This document shows positions 42,055 to 56,644 of a stretch of DNA of 64,000 bases, piece after piece. The first letter of the stretch is position 1, and every line of letters starts with the position of its first letter. The translations under genes and the position numbers were made by a program. This DNA comes from the human T2T-CHM13v2.0 reference genome, Homo sapiens: assembly GCF_009914755.1 (NCBI RefSeq), contig NC_060934.1, one strand, 5' to 3'. Under the pieces are notes generated by a model that worked only from the letters and a program-made list of their open reading frames with translations, ran no database searches and was not told the DNA's origin.

Positions 42055-43798
42055 GAATGCACTTTCATTTTCTCTGAATTTCCACCCTCATTCCAGCCCA
42101 TGCAGAACAAATACACATTCTCATCCTCAGATGCTTTCATTGTCCTTAATATGCATTTCCATTATTGTTATAATCTCATAAACAATGTTTACTTTTCATG
42201 CTAGACCATGTGATCCTTGAAATCATCCATTCCATTTTTTCCTTCTCTTATCCCTGGAGATCATCTTGACATTGGGCACATAACAGGTGATGGAGTGAAT
42301 TAATTGTATGTCTCCTTAAGCCCACCCATGTTGACATGAACATCATTAACTATATTATGTAATATCAGTGTTAGCAAACTTGTTATTGATGAGAAAATGC
42401 GTGTTCAAATGAATGACCAAGAGACAGCAGGCACAAGGAGCAGGAGAAGGTGCTGGGTCTTGTGGCTCATCGTACTGACTCTATGAGCATCATTTACCAT
42501 GCTGGAAAGAACCATCATGGGAACTGAGGTGAGTCAGAAAAGCCCTCCTATATTCTGAAGGAGGAAGGTCTGAGCTTGGTGTGGGTGGTACTTCACTGCC
42601 TTGGTGATATTGAATTTCTACTAGGGATGGAAGGTGTTGAGGGCCACAATGGCTCAAAGTCCTTCATTTTTGCATGGAGTAGTGGTGGTTAGTTTTACAG
42701 CATTTAGATTAGCAAATTCTGGAATTTCAGCAAAGTGAGAATTCCTTTGGGAGTGAAATTCTCTGCCTTCTTACAAGATTGCTATGTTACAAGGGATCAT
42801 GTATGCAAACATAGTTTTAAAATTATTTAGAGGCACATAATTATAAATAAAGGTGACTACCAATATCTGTACTACTCACAAAACAATTTCTCAAGTTGCT
42901 GGAGAATACCAGGAGGGTTAGACCAGTGACCTAGCTAACTCAGTGTCTGCAGTTTTTCACGATTCCCTGAGGGACTATTAGATAAAAGTATGTTGTAATC
43001 TCTCTCCTTGATATGAAACTCAGAAACCTAAGAATGCTCATAGCATACTTTGCTTATACCTATCATCTCTCAAATAAATTAACCAGGCAATATTTTACTT
43101 CTTCAAATACGTTAGTAATTCTGATGATGAAACTTATTTTTAGAGAAGTTTAATTTATAATAATGCACATTTTGATGATTAATTTCTCTTCCTCCTTGAT
43201 TTAAAAGTGAGAAGATAATACATATGATTTCAAAGGCTTTAGACATATGAATAATCCACTCACCTTGGCTCACTGACACAATACGCCACAGAATTGTATT
43301 GTATGGATCATTGGCATGGCCGATGATAGCACCTCCTGTGGAGCTATTGTGGTCCACCTTGTGGAAGGCAGCTTCCTCACTTTAAAAGTAATGCCCTCTA
43401 GGTGGTCCCTGATCCAGAATGTGTCTCAAAGAACAATAGAAAACCATGGATTGATTCTGACATTTTTTATTCCATTGTGATCATCAGAAATTTCTAAAAT
43501 TCAACTCACCCTATTAGAATTTCATAGCCCATAATAGATATGCATTTGAAGCAGTTCTGTTGAAAACTCATATTATTCAGCTTTCCCTTAAATGCACATA
43601 AAAAAACTAAATAGAGAATAGCTGTTATATGACACACAAATATTTAATTTGAAAACTCAATTCTCAAGGTTAAAAGATCAATGACAACAGCAAGAAAAAT
43701 TACCCTGTGTTTCTCAATGTATATTATAAAATATAAAATCATCTACCCTGGTTGTCACACTAATAATTTTCACATAATAAGTTTGAGAAATTCTACCT

Positions 43799-44613
43799 CA
43801 GTGGTTCTCAAAATGTGGTTTATAGAGCAGCAGCAGTAGCACCTGGAAACTTGTTCAAATTCAAATTCTTAGGTCCCATTGTAAGAAATTTTAAACCAGA
43901 AACCTTGATTGTGGGGCTCAGTAATCTGTTCCAACAAGGCATCCAGATGACTTTACTGATTTTCCTTCCACCCAAATAAACGTTCACACTGGAATCTCTA
44001 GAAACTGCAATTGTGTTACATTACATGAAGGAAGGGACTTTGCATATGTGACTAAAGGGTATGGACCTGGATTATCTGGATGGGCCCAATCTAATCCCAG
44101 AAGCCCTTAAAGGTGGAGAACTTTCCCTGGCTGGAGTCAGAGAGATGCAATAGAAGAGGAAGCAGGGGGCTTGCAAAAGGAGAAGGCAGAGAGAGTCCAA
44201 GTGGGAGAGTATACAAAGCACTCCTTCACTGGTTCTAAGATGCAGTGGGCCACATGCAAGAACTAGAGAGAGGCCTGGAATAGTTAAGGCTAGGTCCCCA
44301 GGTGACAGCCAGCAAGGAAATGGGGACCTCACTCCTACAACACAGAACTGAATTCCACCAACAATTTGGATGAGCTGAGAGGTGGATTCTTCCCCAGAGC
44401 CTCCAAAAAGAAGGAAGCCCTGGCAACACCTTGATTTCAGGCTCGTGAGACTGGAAACGGAGGAACCAGCTGAGCCACACTCTACCCAGACTTCTCACCC
44501 TCAGAAACTATGAGGTAATGAATCATTTATGTGTATGTTAATCGGTTAAGTTTGTGGTGCCTATTACGGCAGCAATACAAAATAAATACCACACTCAAGT
44601 TTGAAAACCACTG
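43799..44613 (+). mobile_element. MER5A (hAT-Charlie) split by an MLT1 LTR
   Basis: cagtggttctcaaaatgtgg...gcacctggaaacttgtt at 43799-43950; remaining end aagtttgaaaaccactg at 44591-44613. Confidence 0.8.
43955..44590 (+). mobile_element. MLT1D/E-type MaLR LTR
   Basis: gggactttgca..tgtgactaa, ggattatctggatgggcccaatctaatc, gacagccagcaaggaaatggggacctca. Confidence 0.88.
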
Positions 44614-44744
44614 CTGTGCATAATCATTAATTATCATTATCATTTATTCTATTGATGGCATACAGTTGGAACCACATCGATGAAAAATATTTCCTTGATC
44701 GACCTGCTTATTCATGCCAGCTTCTGTATAAAGTAAGAATATAG

Positions 44745-45355
<611 letters not shown>

Positions 45356-45412
45356 TTCTGTAAGAGCAATAGAAACCACATTTTGGAAGCAGACATAACC
45401 AGTGAAGATCAT

Positions 45413-46159
<747 letters not shown>

Positions 46160-47749
46160 AGCAACAGAATTATTACAACTCCATCTGCCTAGTGGCTCTG
46201 CTTTTCCCTCTTTGCTTATGAGTTTTAGCCATGAATCACCCATATGGAGATCTAGATTTGTATGGAGTGGCAGTCTCTGCTAAAATAGTTTTATTTTTCC
46301 ATGGAAAGTTATGGCTGGAAGCATTCTGTGATAATTCTGTTGCCAGTCTTTAGAAACCAATTACAAAATGCACTGATTCATTGATTATTTAAATTAAGAA
46401 AGAAAATTAGAATACAGCTTTCTTTTTCCTACCTGGAGAATTTGATCTTTACTTTAAACTCATCTTCCTCCTCCCACAGTGATTGTCCAGTGTCATTCTG
46501 CCTCATTCTGCCTGGATAAATATAGTTCGTTAGATTCCCACATTTAGACCTCTAGTGGAAACATCACATTAAATGTAATATGAGAATACTGTATAAAATT
46601 ATATAATAGCATATTTTTCCTCAACGTTTCTCCAGCTCCCATCTGTGCCACTTTATCCATATTATATAACCCACTAATTTGCTAGTTTTGCCAAAAATTC
46701 TGTTAACCTTTATTTCTTTCTGTAGTACTGTAAGTTTTGGACTTTGCCTATTAATTCAAACTGGTCTTAAGTCATATTCTTCCTGCATTCTAAAAATAGA
46801 TTGTCTAATTCAAACTAATGTGTTAATGGCTGAGAAGTTTCAGTGCATTATTTCAAAGAGATAGCATCTGTATGTGCCACTTTCCATTAACTCAAAGCAT
46901 TCAGTTATGAGAATCACAAGTATTACAAAGACCTCTGAGTGAGATATAGTTAGGCGAACTAACGCTCAAATCATAACATGTAAGTGATTTTCCTTTTTTT
47001 ATTTATTCAAGAAATACATATTCTAGGTATTTTCCTAGTTCATTTAAACACTCTGGGGGCCAAAGAATTTGATAATCATATAAAGGAAAACAATGGCCCT
47101 TTCTTAGATCAGGCAATGGTGGTATTAGATATTTTCTGAAATCTAAAATAATATTCCAATATATGCAATGACCAATGTCAGCCACACTAAGCAGAACCAA
47201 ACAGTTAATTTCAGAGGGAGCTTTTAGAAGGGAATACAAAAACAATTCCAAGGTCATCCCATTTCTCAAAATATCTTCACAGTGATTGCTAGAACTCTAA
47301 CCTGTGCTTACTGTAGGCATCTTTTTTGACACTTCGCCCAGGAGCAGTGTGGTGCCACTGATGAAAACACCACTTCAAATCTACTTCTCAATCAGTGCTG
47401 TGCCAGATTTCTATGGAATCACGGCAGTTTTAGGAAAAGCATATCTTTCAGCTGTTGAGATGAAACTAATTAATGTAATGCCTAAATTACATTAATGTGA
47501 ATTGAGTATTGAATCCCTACGATCTTCTCTTGTGGTAATCTTTAGAGAGCTGAGATGATCTGGATAGTTGTTTAGATATTTCATTTTATGTAGTAAACAT
47601 ATGCTCTCATGAGTCATGTTTTATGATGTTATAGACAAAAAAGAATGCTTAAATGTCATTTATATGATACAAAATTTATTTGATTAAAAATCTTTATTGG
47701 TATGCCCAGGTATGCTAACACAGGGAACCACCTAGAACATGTTCAGTGC

Positions 47750-48108
47750 AAGTGGCAGACTTCCTGAATGCTCACCAAGTATCCAGCTGGTTGCCTCGTT
47801 GTTTCTGCCTCCTTTGTAGGAAGCCCTCAGTGATAGAATGAGTTCCAGTCAGTAAAGTGTCATTGGAAGTGACCTGTGTCCCTTGGGAGCAGAGGGGTGG
47901 GTAAGAGCCAGTGTACCTCTTAGGTGTTTCTTATGCCCTTCTGCACTGGCTTCAGAGTCTACATGTTCCAGAAGCCATCACAGAAATATGGAGGAACCCT
48001 TGCTAAATCCCATCAAATGGTGAGAGAGTGGAGAAATACACATGTGGCGCTAAGCCACTGAAACTTCATGGCCTGTGTATACAGCTAAGACAGGCTATCC
48101 TGATAAAT
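47750..48108 (+). mobile_element. Old MaLR LTR (MLT1I/J-like)
   Basis: ggaagtgacctgtgtccc; taagccactgaaa...ctatcctgataaata end. Confidence 0.6.
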
Positions 48109-48399
48109 ATTAAAGTGAATGAATCAAGTTATAAGGAGTATATAGCAGGTTTTGTATAATCTAAGTTTTAAAATGTTCTTAAAGCATAGATGTAAACCTG
48201 ATGATAGTGCTGACCATGAGTCTGTGGAAAGCCAGGGATTAAGAGTGGAGGCAATGAAGGGCCAATGAGGAAGAAGGTGAGAGACTTCCATTTTTACTTT
48301 TATACAAACCAATTAATGTTGTCTTCTTTTGTGATGAACACAATTTACTTTAATATTTTTAACCTATATTTTTACTGGGAAGAACCTGGATTTTATTTA

Positions 48400-48808
48400 T
48401 TTACATTTTAAAAATTTGTAATTATTATGGATATAAAATAGGTGTACATTTTTGTGGGGTACACGTGAAATTTTCATACCAGCATACAATGTGTAATGAT
48501 GGTGGCAGGGTAATTGGGATATCCATCACCTCAAGCATTTTTCATTTCTTTGTGGTAGGGACATTACAATTCCACTCTTTTAGTTATTTTCAAATACACC
48601 ACACATTTTTGTTACCTATAGCTGCCCTATTGTGCTACCAAACACTAGGTTTTCTTCCTTCTGTCTACTGTGTTTTTGTGCCCCTTAACCAACCTCCTTT
48701 CATCGCCCTCCCCAGTTCTCTTCCCAGCCTCTGATAACCATCATGCTACTCTCTATCTCCTTAAGTTCATTTTTTTAATCTCCCACATATGAGTGAAAAT
48801 ATGTGATA
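48400..48808 (-). mobile_element. L1MA 3' end
   Basis: gcatacaatgtgtaatgat...gggtaattgggatatccatcacctcaagcattt. Confidence 0.88.
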
Positions 48809-51749
48809 CACTTAATGTATTTCAACAGAGTTTCTCATTGCCATTATTACAATAGTAAAAATGCAAATATTATCTGACTAAATCATGCATTTCAGATGCA
48901 AGGGATTAGAAACTTTCTGTATTTAAAAGGTCCAAGCAGAATTAAATAATTTGATGAACGAAAACTAGGTAATGTCTACAAATAACAGAAAACCTAACCA
49001 AGAAACAGAATACTGAGACTTTGAAAAAAATGTTTTAGGTCATTCCAAAACAATTAGAATACTTGAGTGTCTATAAATTCAAAAAGAAGGTACATTTCCT
49101 GAGCCTTAACAGAGACAAAGAAGTTTTTCAAAACCATAACCCAGGCTAAGAGTAGTGAATGGCTCTGTTGTCTAAATGGCTCAGTGTTTAAATAATGAAA
49201 ATGAAAATCTGTTTTAGATTTTATGTTCCTAAAACTCAGGTTTTGAAAATTCCAAAAAGCATGTGAGGCCAAGAAGAAAATGCACACATGCTTGTCTAGG
49301 AAAAAATAAACGAAATGGCTTGTTCCATCTTTACACTTGACGAATTCCCAAAATTCAGAGGGAATGGGCACAGTTGTTTATTCTAATATTGTGGCTCACA
49401 GTGGTTTTATGAGGAGAAGCAGGGCATTTATAGGAGTCTTGACTCAAGTCTCTTTAAGGAGCATTTGTTTGCCAAGCTGCAGAGGTTTCTTTTCTGTTTC
49501 TTTCTAACATTAGGGTTGAGAAATACATGTTTGGGCTTTTACTTTCATTAGGTCTCATTGTATTTTGTTGCTTTTAGCAAAACCCAATATGCACTTTTAC
49601 CACTTGTAAAACTTATATTCTCTCCATTTTAAAGATTTGCTAATTTACCCCACTTAACTGATTTCAAAAATATTTTACACACCTAATTGACTCTTAAAAA
49701 ATGATTTCAACCCCAAAATAAAATGTAACCAAAGTCAAGGTAATTCTGATTTCATAAACTGTATCATTATGCTTTGAAATTTGGATATGGAAATGGACTT
49801 CTAAGCTAGAAGAATCATGCCTTGGCTCCCTTTCAGGAGTGCTAGGAAATATAGAATGATTTGATTTCCTGCAGAGAAAGTTGTCTCCATTTTGGTTGGT
49901 ATTCAATCCCTTATTCTGGTGGAGAGAACAGTGCATCTCTGAAAAGCCTGATTTTGAACCAGATGCAGTGACAAGATTAACCTTTGTGTTGTCTCATTTG
50001 AAGAAGAGGTGAGCGTATTCTGTGTATGGGAAATGGCTAAATTGATGTTTTGTGAAATGAAGAACCAACTTTTGCAGAGACTAATGGCGGAACCACAAAT
50101 CTAATTTCTATTCTGGGGTACAAAACTCATCTACATTTTCTGTAGCTTCCTTCATTTCAAGCATCTGAAGTACTATATGAATGAAAATTCATTAACTAAT
50201 CACGTCAACACTCTCTGAACATTCATCAGCATTGATAAAAATGAAATATGATTAAAGTATTTAACATTTAAAAGTAATTAATGCATGGTTTTGGTATTAA
50301 ATAGACTGAGCTGAATATTAAGAGTTAATATTAAAAATAAAATATAAATGTTTCCCAATTTAATAATTTCAATTTGTGATATTAACGTATGCATGCACTG
50401 TTTTGTAATTGTTACAATCACAGTGTTCTCATTCCATTTACCTTGCATTTTAACTTACTCTATCCTGTACATCTTTAAAATTTCCACATATCTCTCATCA
50501 TTATAATTTGCTGTCATTGAATGTCATTCTGTCAAACGTTTCTGTTATTTTAAATCCATTATTTGATATTAACTAGGAATTATTCCATGACAGATAGAAG
50601 CTATGGGTTCCTCTTCACTGGATAACCTAATTCCCATTTTCATTTCTAATTATGTGAATAAAGTAAACATTTTAAAGGGAGAAGATTATTTTTCCAACTA
50701 ATTCAAAGCTTGTTTCATTTTTCTCATTTTCCATCATGGAAACCACAAAACAAAGTCTGATTTGGGCTATTCTCTTAATGAAAAGAGGGGACCTTAGTCA
50801 CTCAGGAATCTAGAAGTTCTACAGTATTGTTAGGCTCCTCACAGCAACACAAAGCGAACCATGACAACAAGTCTGATGCTGCTTCACCTTCAATGTTTCT
50901 CACCTACTTACAGATTTTAAACACTACAGGTTTTTTGCTGTGGTTATCAGTGCCCGTTTCTTATACAAAAGAAAGTGAACTGTGCTCTTGAGGTGCTGGG
51001 ATCTGACAGACACAATCACAGCAGAAGGGCCCTAGATCATTGAACCTTTCAGCGAATGTCACCTAGCTTCACTTCTCTCCTTCCGTTAAGGTAAGGCAAT
51101 CTTGCCGAAGGCAGGCACTTCATTTTTGTGGTTTTAGGAAGAAATCAAATCCAGAAACATAATGTTTTTAAGAAGAAGGAAACTACATTTTCAACACAGA
51201 ATTTGATTTTATATTAACCACACATTCTAGTATCTCACTGTATTTGTGAGACTCCAGGAGAGGCCGATTGTCCCAGTTAGAGCTCGCCATGTGCCCACAT
51301 CTCCTACCTTTGGCATTTGTACATTACTGCTACAATGCACAATCAACAAGGCAGTGTGCTTTTGCCAGAGACGGTCCTGTCTTCTCCCTCTGCGTTCCAA
51401 ATGATAGCCCTCTAAGAAGGAAATGTGAGGTTTCTCATTAATTAAAGATGGCACTTATCATCCATATCCCCTCATTGCAGTGCGTCACTTCAGTGGCTGT
51501 CCTGGCCTAGGAAGGGGATCAGCCGTGGCCAAGCAGGACCCGTACTGGAACCCTGCAGAGATGCTGAGCACCATGAAGGCTTCAGGGTAACTGTGTTTTG
51601 GCTCCGTGATTCATTTTGGTTGTACAGCTAGATTATTTGTTCTCCGGCCCAATAAACCAAAGACAAAAAACTCAGGGCAAAATAAGACTGATTGAAAGAG
51701 AAGCTGTCTAGTTTTGATTTGTTTTATTTCAAGTCTTTAATGTGTCCTT

Positions 51750-52433
51750 GTTTATTTTTTATTTTTAGATTTGGGTTTCACGCACAGGTTTGTTCCAGGG
51801 CGATATTGTGTAATACTGAGGTTTGGGTTTCTACTGAAGCCATCTCCCAAAGAGTGACCATTGTATCCAATAGCTAGTTTTTCAATCCTCTCCCCTCCCA
51901 CCCTTCTCCCTTTCAAAGTCCCAAGTATCTGTTATTTCCACCTTTATGTCCATGCATACCCATTGTTTAGCTGCCCCTTATTAATGAGAACACGTGGTAT
52001 TTAATTTTCTGTTTCTATTTCACTTAGGATATTTCACTGCAGCCCCATCCATGTTACTGCAAAGGACGTGATCTTATTCTTATTCATGGCTGAGTAGTAT
52101 TCCATGGTATATGTGTATTACATTTTCTTTTTCACCAGTCTACCATTGATGGGTATTTAGGTTGAACCTATAACTTTGCAATTATGAATAGTGCTATACT
52201 AAATATACAAGTGCAGGTGTCTTTTGATAAAATGATTTATTTCCCTTTGGGTAGATATCCAGTAATAGGATTGCTGGGTCAAATGGTAGTTCTATTTTCA
52301 GTTCTTTGAGAAATCTCCATAGTGTTTTCCTTAGGGGTGAAACTAATTTACATTCCCTCCAACAGTGTCTAAGTGTTCCCTTTTCTCCATACCCTCAACT
52401 ACATGTTATTTTTTGACTTTTTAATAATAGGCA
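51750..52433 (-). mobile_element. L1PA13-16/L1PB 3' end
   Basis: caggtttgttccagggcgatattgtgtaatactgaggtttggg...ggattgctgggtcaaatggtagttctattt. Confidence 0.9.
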
Positions 52434-52464
52434 TGTGAATATAATTTTAATATGAAAATAAAGT

Positions 52465-52763
52465 GGCCAGGTGTGGTGGCTCATGCCTGTAATCCCAGCA
52501 CTTTGGGAGACCAAGGCTGGCGGGTCACAAGGCAAGAGATCTTGGCCAACATGACGAAATCCCTTCTCTACTAAAAATACAAAAATTAGATGTGCATGGT
52601 GGTGCGCACCTGTCGTCCCAGCTGCTCAGGAGGCTGAGGCAGGAGAATCACTTGAACCCGGGAGGCAGAGGTTGCGGTGAGCCGGGATCATGCCACTGCA
52701 CTCCAGACTGGTGACAAAGCGAAGACTCCGTCTCAAAAAAGAAAGAAAAAGAAAAGAAAAGAA
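52465..52763 (+). mobile_element. AluSc-like SINE
   Basis: Full Alu with a small left-arm deletion; (AAAAG)n tail. Confidence 0.92.
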
Positions 52764-53409
52764 AATTAATGCACGGTTTTGATATTAAATGGATTGAACT
52801 GAATATTCACAGTTGTTTTTGCTAGTAATAAGAGAGCAGATATGGAGCAACAGAAGACTTCCCCCAGAGCATGCAGAAGTGAAATATCTATCAGCAAAAT
52901 ATTATCTGACCTTTAGGCTTTTGCCTGTCTTTATTTGACAGTGCATACACAATGGATGGAGTCAGGCTCTGAACAGAGACCAGGAGAAAACTTCTTAAAT
53001 CATCTTGGCACCATTTGATAATTTCCTAAATTATTACCAGTGCAGCATAGTTTCTGCATTGGAATAAAAAGAGGGTAATACCTTTAGACTCTGGTAAGCC
53101 TTAAGGTAGAGTCTTGCCTGGTCAACTCAGAAATCACTAACCGACAGGGGAGAGAAATCTCTAATAGAAGACAAATGTGGTCAAGTTCACAGATTTTACC
53201 TTGAGGAATAATTCATATGATTAATCATATCTAATTAGAGTTCACTATAAGATGCCAAAATAATTGTATTACTACACAAGAAATGTAACTTTATATTAAA
53301 TAAGACAAATAATATGAACCCTTTAAGTACATTTACCAAACTATGATAATAGTAATAAAATAACAAGGCTTTTGAAATATGATAGTCTAGATTTAACTTT
53401 TAATTAACA

Positions 53410-53615
53410 TTCAACAAAGGGTTATGAGAGATGAACTTAAATTTTATCTCTTCTAATTAAACCTGTGTGACCTTGGTAAGACACTTAACCTCTGTGGAGC
53501 TCATCTGCCTCATACATGCTGGGGATAATGGTGTGTGCTTTAAGGATTGTAGTGAGGATTAAATGAGATAATGAACCCATAAACAACTGCACATGGTAAA
53601 GCCCTAGTGAATGCA
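53410..53615 (+). mobile_element. MIR SINE
   Basis: ctgtgtgaccttggtaagacacttaacctctgtg...gtgaggattaaatgagataatg. Confidence 0.85.
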
Positions 53616-54721
53616 TACAAATCCTAATTTATAACAAACCATGATATAACCTAAGAGAAGGTATATACTAAGAAAAATCAAAGCAGTGAAATAAAGTAAG
53701 GACAAATTATTCACAAATTCCACTGCTCCAAATCAGTACTCTACCCATCCTCATATTAAGTGATTCTGGTTAATTTACTCTGTCTTCGTATCCAACCCCC
53801 ACTGCTTTTCAAAAGTCAATGTAGTCCAAAATCATTTTTAAATCATTATTTTCCTGAGTAAGCAACTCGATGAGTCAACCCTAAAAGGCAGACATTTCGT
53901 TTGTTTACATAGGAAGGTTTTCAAGACCATTACAACATTTTTAAAAGGCTGAGTTTCCTTTTTGTTGATGTATTGACAGCATAATGCATCCAATGGTTTT
54001 GTAGATTGCCTTTCTACCAACACATTTTCCTTTTCTAAATTTAATATGGATTTGATTCTTCTTTATCTTTCAGTGTTTTTCTATAAAAAAGGTCCAATAT
54101 ACTTTACAAGAAGATGCTTATGAATTAAAGCACTGTCAAGGCGAGATTGTAAATCTCTCTCTTTTTCCCTCCCATTTGATATGATCTATCTTTCTGCAAA
54201 ATTATGCAGGCAGCAGAGGATAAAGGCAAAGGGGATGTTTTTAGAACTCTACATTAGTTTTCAGTATTCAGGTTGGACCATATTTTATTCTGGAATACTT
54301 ACAGAAAAGAAGACTCCTTGTCCTCAGCAACCTGTCACACTAACTACAATATGTGTAAAATTTCTTCCTTAAAACTTGATTTGGTTTCTTTAAACCAATA
54401 TCAGATTTTTCTTGCTAGTTTACAATGCAGCCATGTAGGTATCATATACCAACCACAAGTATTGTGGTAGAGATATAACCAGTAAAACCTACAACACAAA
54501 ACAGAGATAAAATGTAGTCATCTACTTTACTCCAGTTAAATGAATACTGGTTAAGCCCACATCTCAAAAATTGCTGCAAACCCACACTCTCTGCATGGAA
54601 TTGTTCCGTACCCTAAATGTTTCAAAGACCCAGGACACTTGCACAGTCCAAAGATGAGGGTTCAACTCACTCCACAACCACAGTCAGAGTGGCTTCCTAT
54701 CAGTTGACCTGCAACTGCAAT

Positions 54722-55027
54722 TTATTTTCTTTTTTCTTTTTCTTTCTTTCTTTTTTTTTTTTTTTTTGAGACAGAGTCTTGCCCTGTCGCCCAGGCTCAC
54801 TGCAGCCTCTGCCTCCCAGGTTCCAGCAATTCTCCTGCTTCAGCCTCCCGGATAGCTGGGATTACAGGCACGTGCCGCCACTCCTGGCTATTTTTTTTTG
54901 TATTTTTAGTAGAGACAGGGTTTCACCATGTTGGCCAGGCTGGGCTCGATCTCCTGACTTCAGGTGATCCGCCCGCCTCGGCCTCCCAAAGTGCTAGAAT
55001 TACAGGTGTGAGCCACCGCGCCCAGCC
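54722..55027 (-). mobile_element. AluSx-like with a ~25-bp right-arm deletion
   Basis: ccaggct|cactgc junction; TSD caatttatttt. Confidence 0.93.
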
Positions 55028-55109
55028 TACAATTTATTTTTCAGTAAAATCATGTTGCTATTGACAATGTGTCCTACCCATTTTGACCGAAGATTCCTTC
55101 CTTCATTCA

Positions 55110-55278
55110 TTTACTTGAAATTTGCTAAGAGAATAGATTTCAAGTACAGTATATGAATATGTTAATTAGCTTGATTGTGGAAATTATTTCACAATGTATG
55201 TGTGTCTAAAATATCACGTGATATACCTTATATACATACAATTTTTATTGTCAGTTTACCTCAATAAAGCTGGAAAAT
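55110..55278 (+). mobile_element. L1MA/L1MB 3' tip
   Basis: tatgttaattagcttgattgtgg...acctcaataaagctggaaaa. Confidence 0.85.
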
Positions 55279-55499
55279 GTCATGTAACACCCAATGTTGT
55301 GCTATACTTGAAAAACCATAGAGTTAAAAGTGATTGCATGAACAGGATAAAACTTAAATGGAAATTAATATCTGACCATGGACTTGAAGGATTATAAGAG
55401 TTTGCAATTTGGGAACGCAGGAAGAGAAAGACAGATGGAAGAACAAGCACAGGTGAGTCAAAATATGCCAGTATCTGGCAAGACTTCCTCTTCTCCACT

Positions 55500-55690
55500 T
55501 CTCCAGCGCTGTGTACACATCTCTATTACAGAATCTATAAAAATATACAATTATTAAATTATGTTTCTGTTTTGCTGAGTATACTCCCAGATCCTGAAGG
55601 CAAGGATTATACATTTACTTCTTGCCTGGAGCAATGCCAGGTGCATAGAAAAGCATTAAACATTTGTGTTCAAGGATCGATAAATGGCTA
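55500..55690 (+). mobile_element. L2 3' end remnant
   Basis: tcctgaaggcaaggatt...gcaatgccaggtgcataga...aaacatttg. Confidence 0.55.
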
Positions 55691-55809
55691 TTGCTAAAGA
55701 ACACAAAGTTTAGGAGATACAGAAAGATAATGGGCAGAAACAGGGCTGAATATGAAGGATTTAATAGGCTTTCAATTGCATGACAGTAAAAAACTGGTGT
55801 CTTCTAAGC

Positions 55810-56167
55810 CAATAGTTCTCCAAGTGTTGTCGGTGAATCCCTGGGGCTTCTTGGGATCTTTTCTGGACATGCATGTGGCCAAAACTAATTTTATAATAAT
55901 GCTAAGTCATAATTTTAATGCTTTACTCTCATTCTCTCATGAGTGCACAATGCAATTTTTCAGAGGCTACATTACATGCAATAACATAATTATTTGTATG
56001 GGAAATGAAGTGTGTATTTGTATATTTTTGTTTAAAAAATGTATGTTTTACTTTCTCATAGAGTAAATGAAGAAAAATATAACCCACATTAACAAAAGTT
56101 CTTTGAAGTTCTCAATAATTCTTAGGGGTATAGAAGATTCCTGAGATCAAAAAGTTTGAGAATTGTT
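55810..56167 (+). mobile_element. hAT-Charlie family DNA transposon remnant
   Basis: caaaactaattttataataatgctaag...ctcattctctcatgagtg...cagaggctaca...aaaaagtttgagaa. Confidence 0.7.
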
Positions 56168-56333
56168 CTAGGTATGCCATTATATTTTTAAGTGGGGTAG
56201 TGCTATGATTATATATATCAGTGCTATTTTGCTACAGAGTTTAGTAATGGTAAGAAAACTGTGTCTGATGGGTCTAAAACCATTATTTACATATTTGTAC
56301 GTCTTGATAATGTATTATTACATGTTGCTTGTG

Positions 56334-56644
56334 TTTTTTTGTTTTGTTTGTTTTTTTTTTTGAGACAGAGTCTCAATCTGTCACCCAGGCTGTAGTGCAG
56401 TGGCATGATCTCAGCTCACCGCAACAACCCCTGCCGCCCAGGTTCAAGTGATTCTCTTGCCTCAGCCTCCCGAGTAGCTGAGATTATAGGCACCTGCCAC
56501 TGTGTCTGGCTAATTTTTGTACTTTCAGTAGAGACGGGGTTTCACCATATTGGTCAGGCTGGTCTTGAACTCCTGACCTCATGATCCACCCGCCTTGGCC
56601 TCCCAAAGTCCTAGGATTACAAGCATGAGCCATTGCACCAGGCC
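56334..56644 (-). mobile_element. AluS (Sg-like) SINE
   Basis: Full Alu. Confidence 0.93.

Noticed and set aside
43392-43406. Second CTCF-like motif (tgccctctaggtgg)
   Set aside because: Mismatches at key 5' core positions; insufficient without ChIP data.
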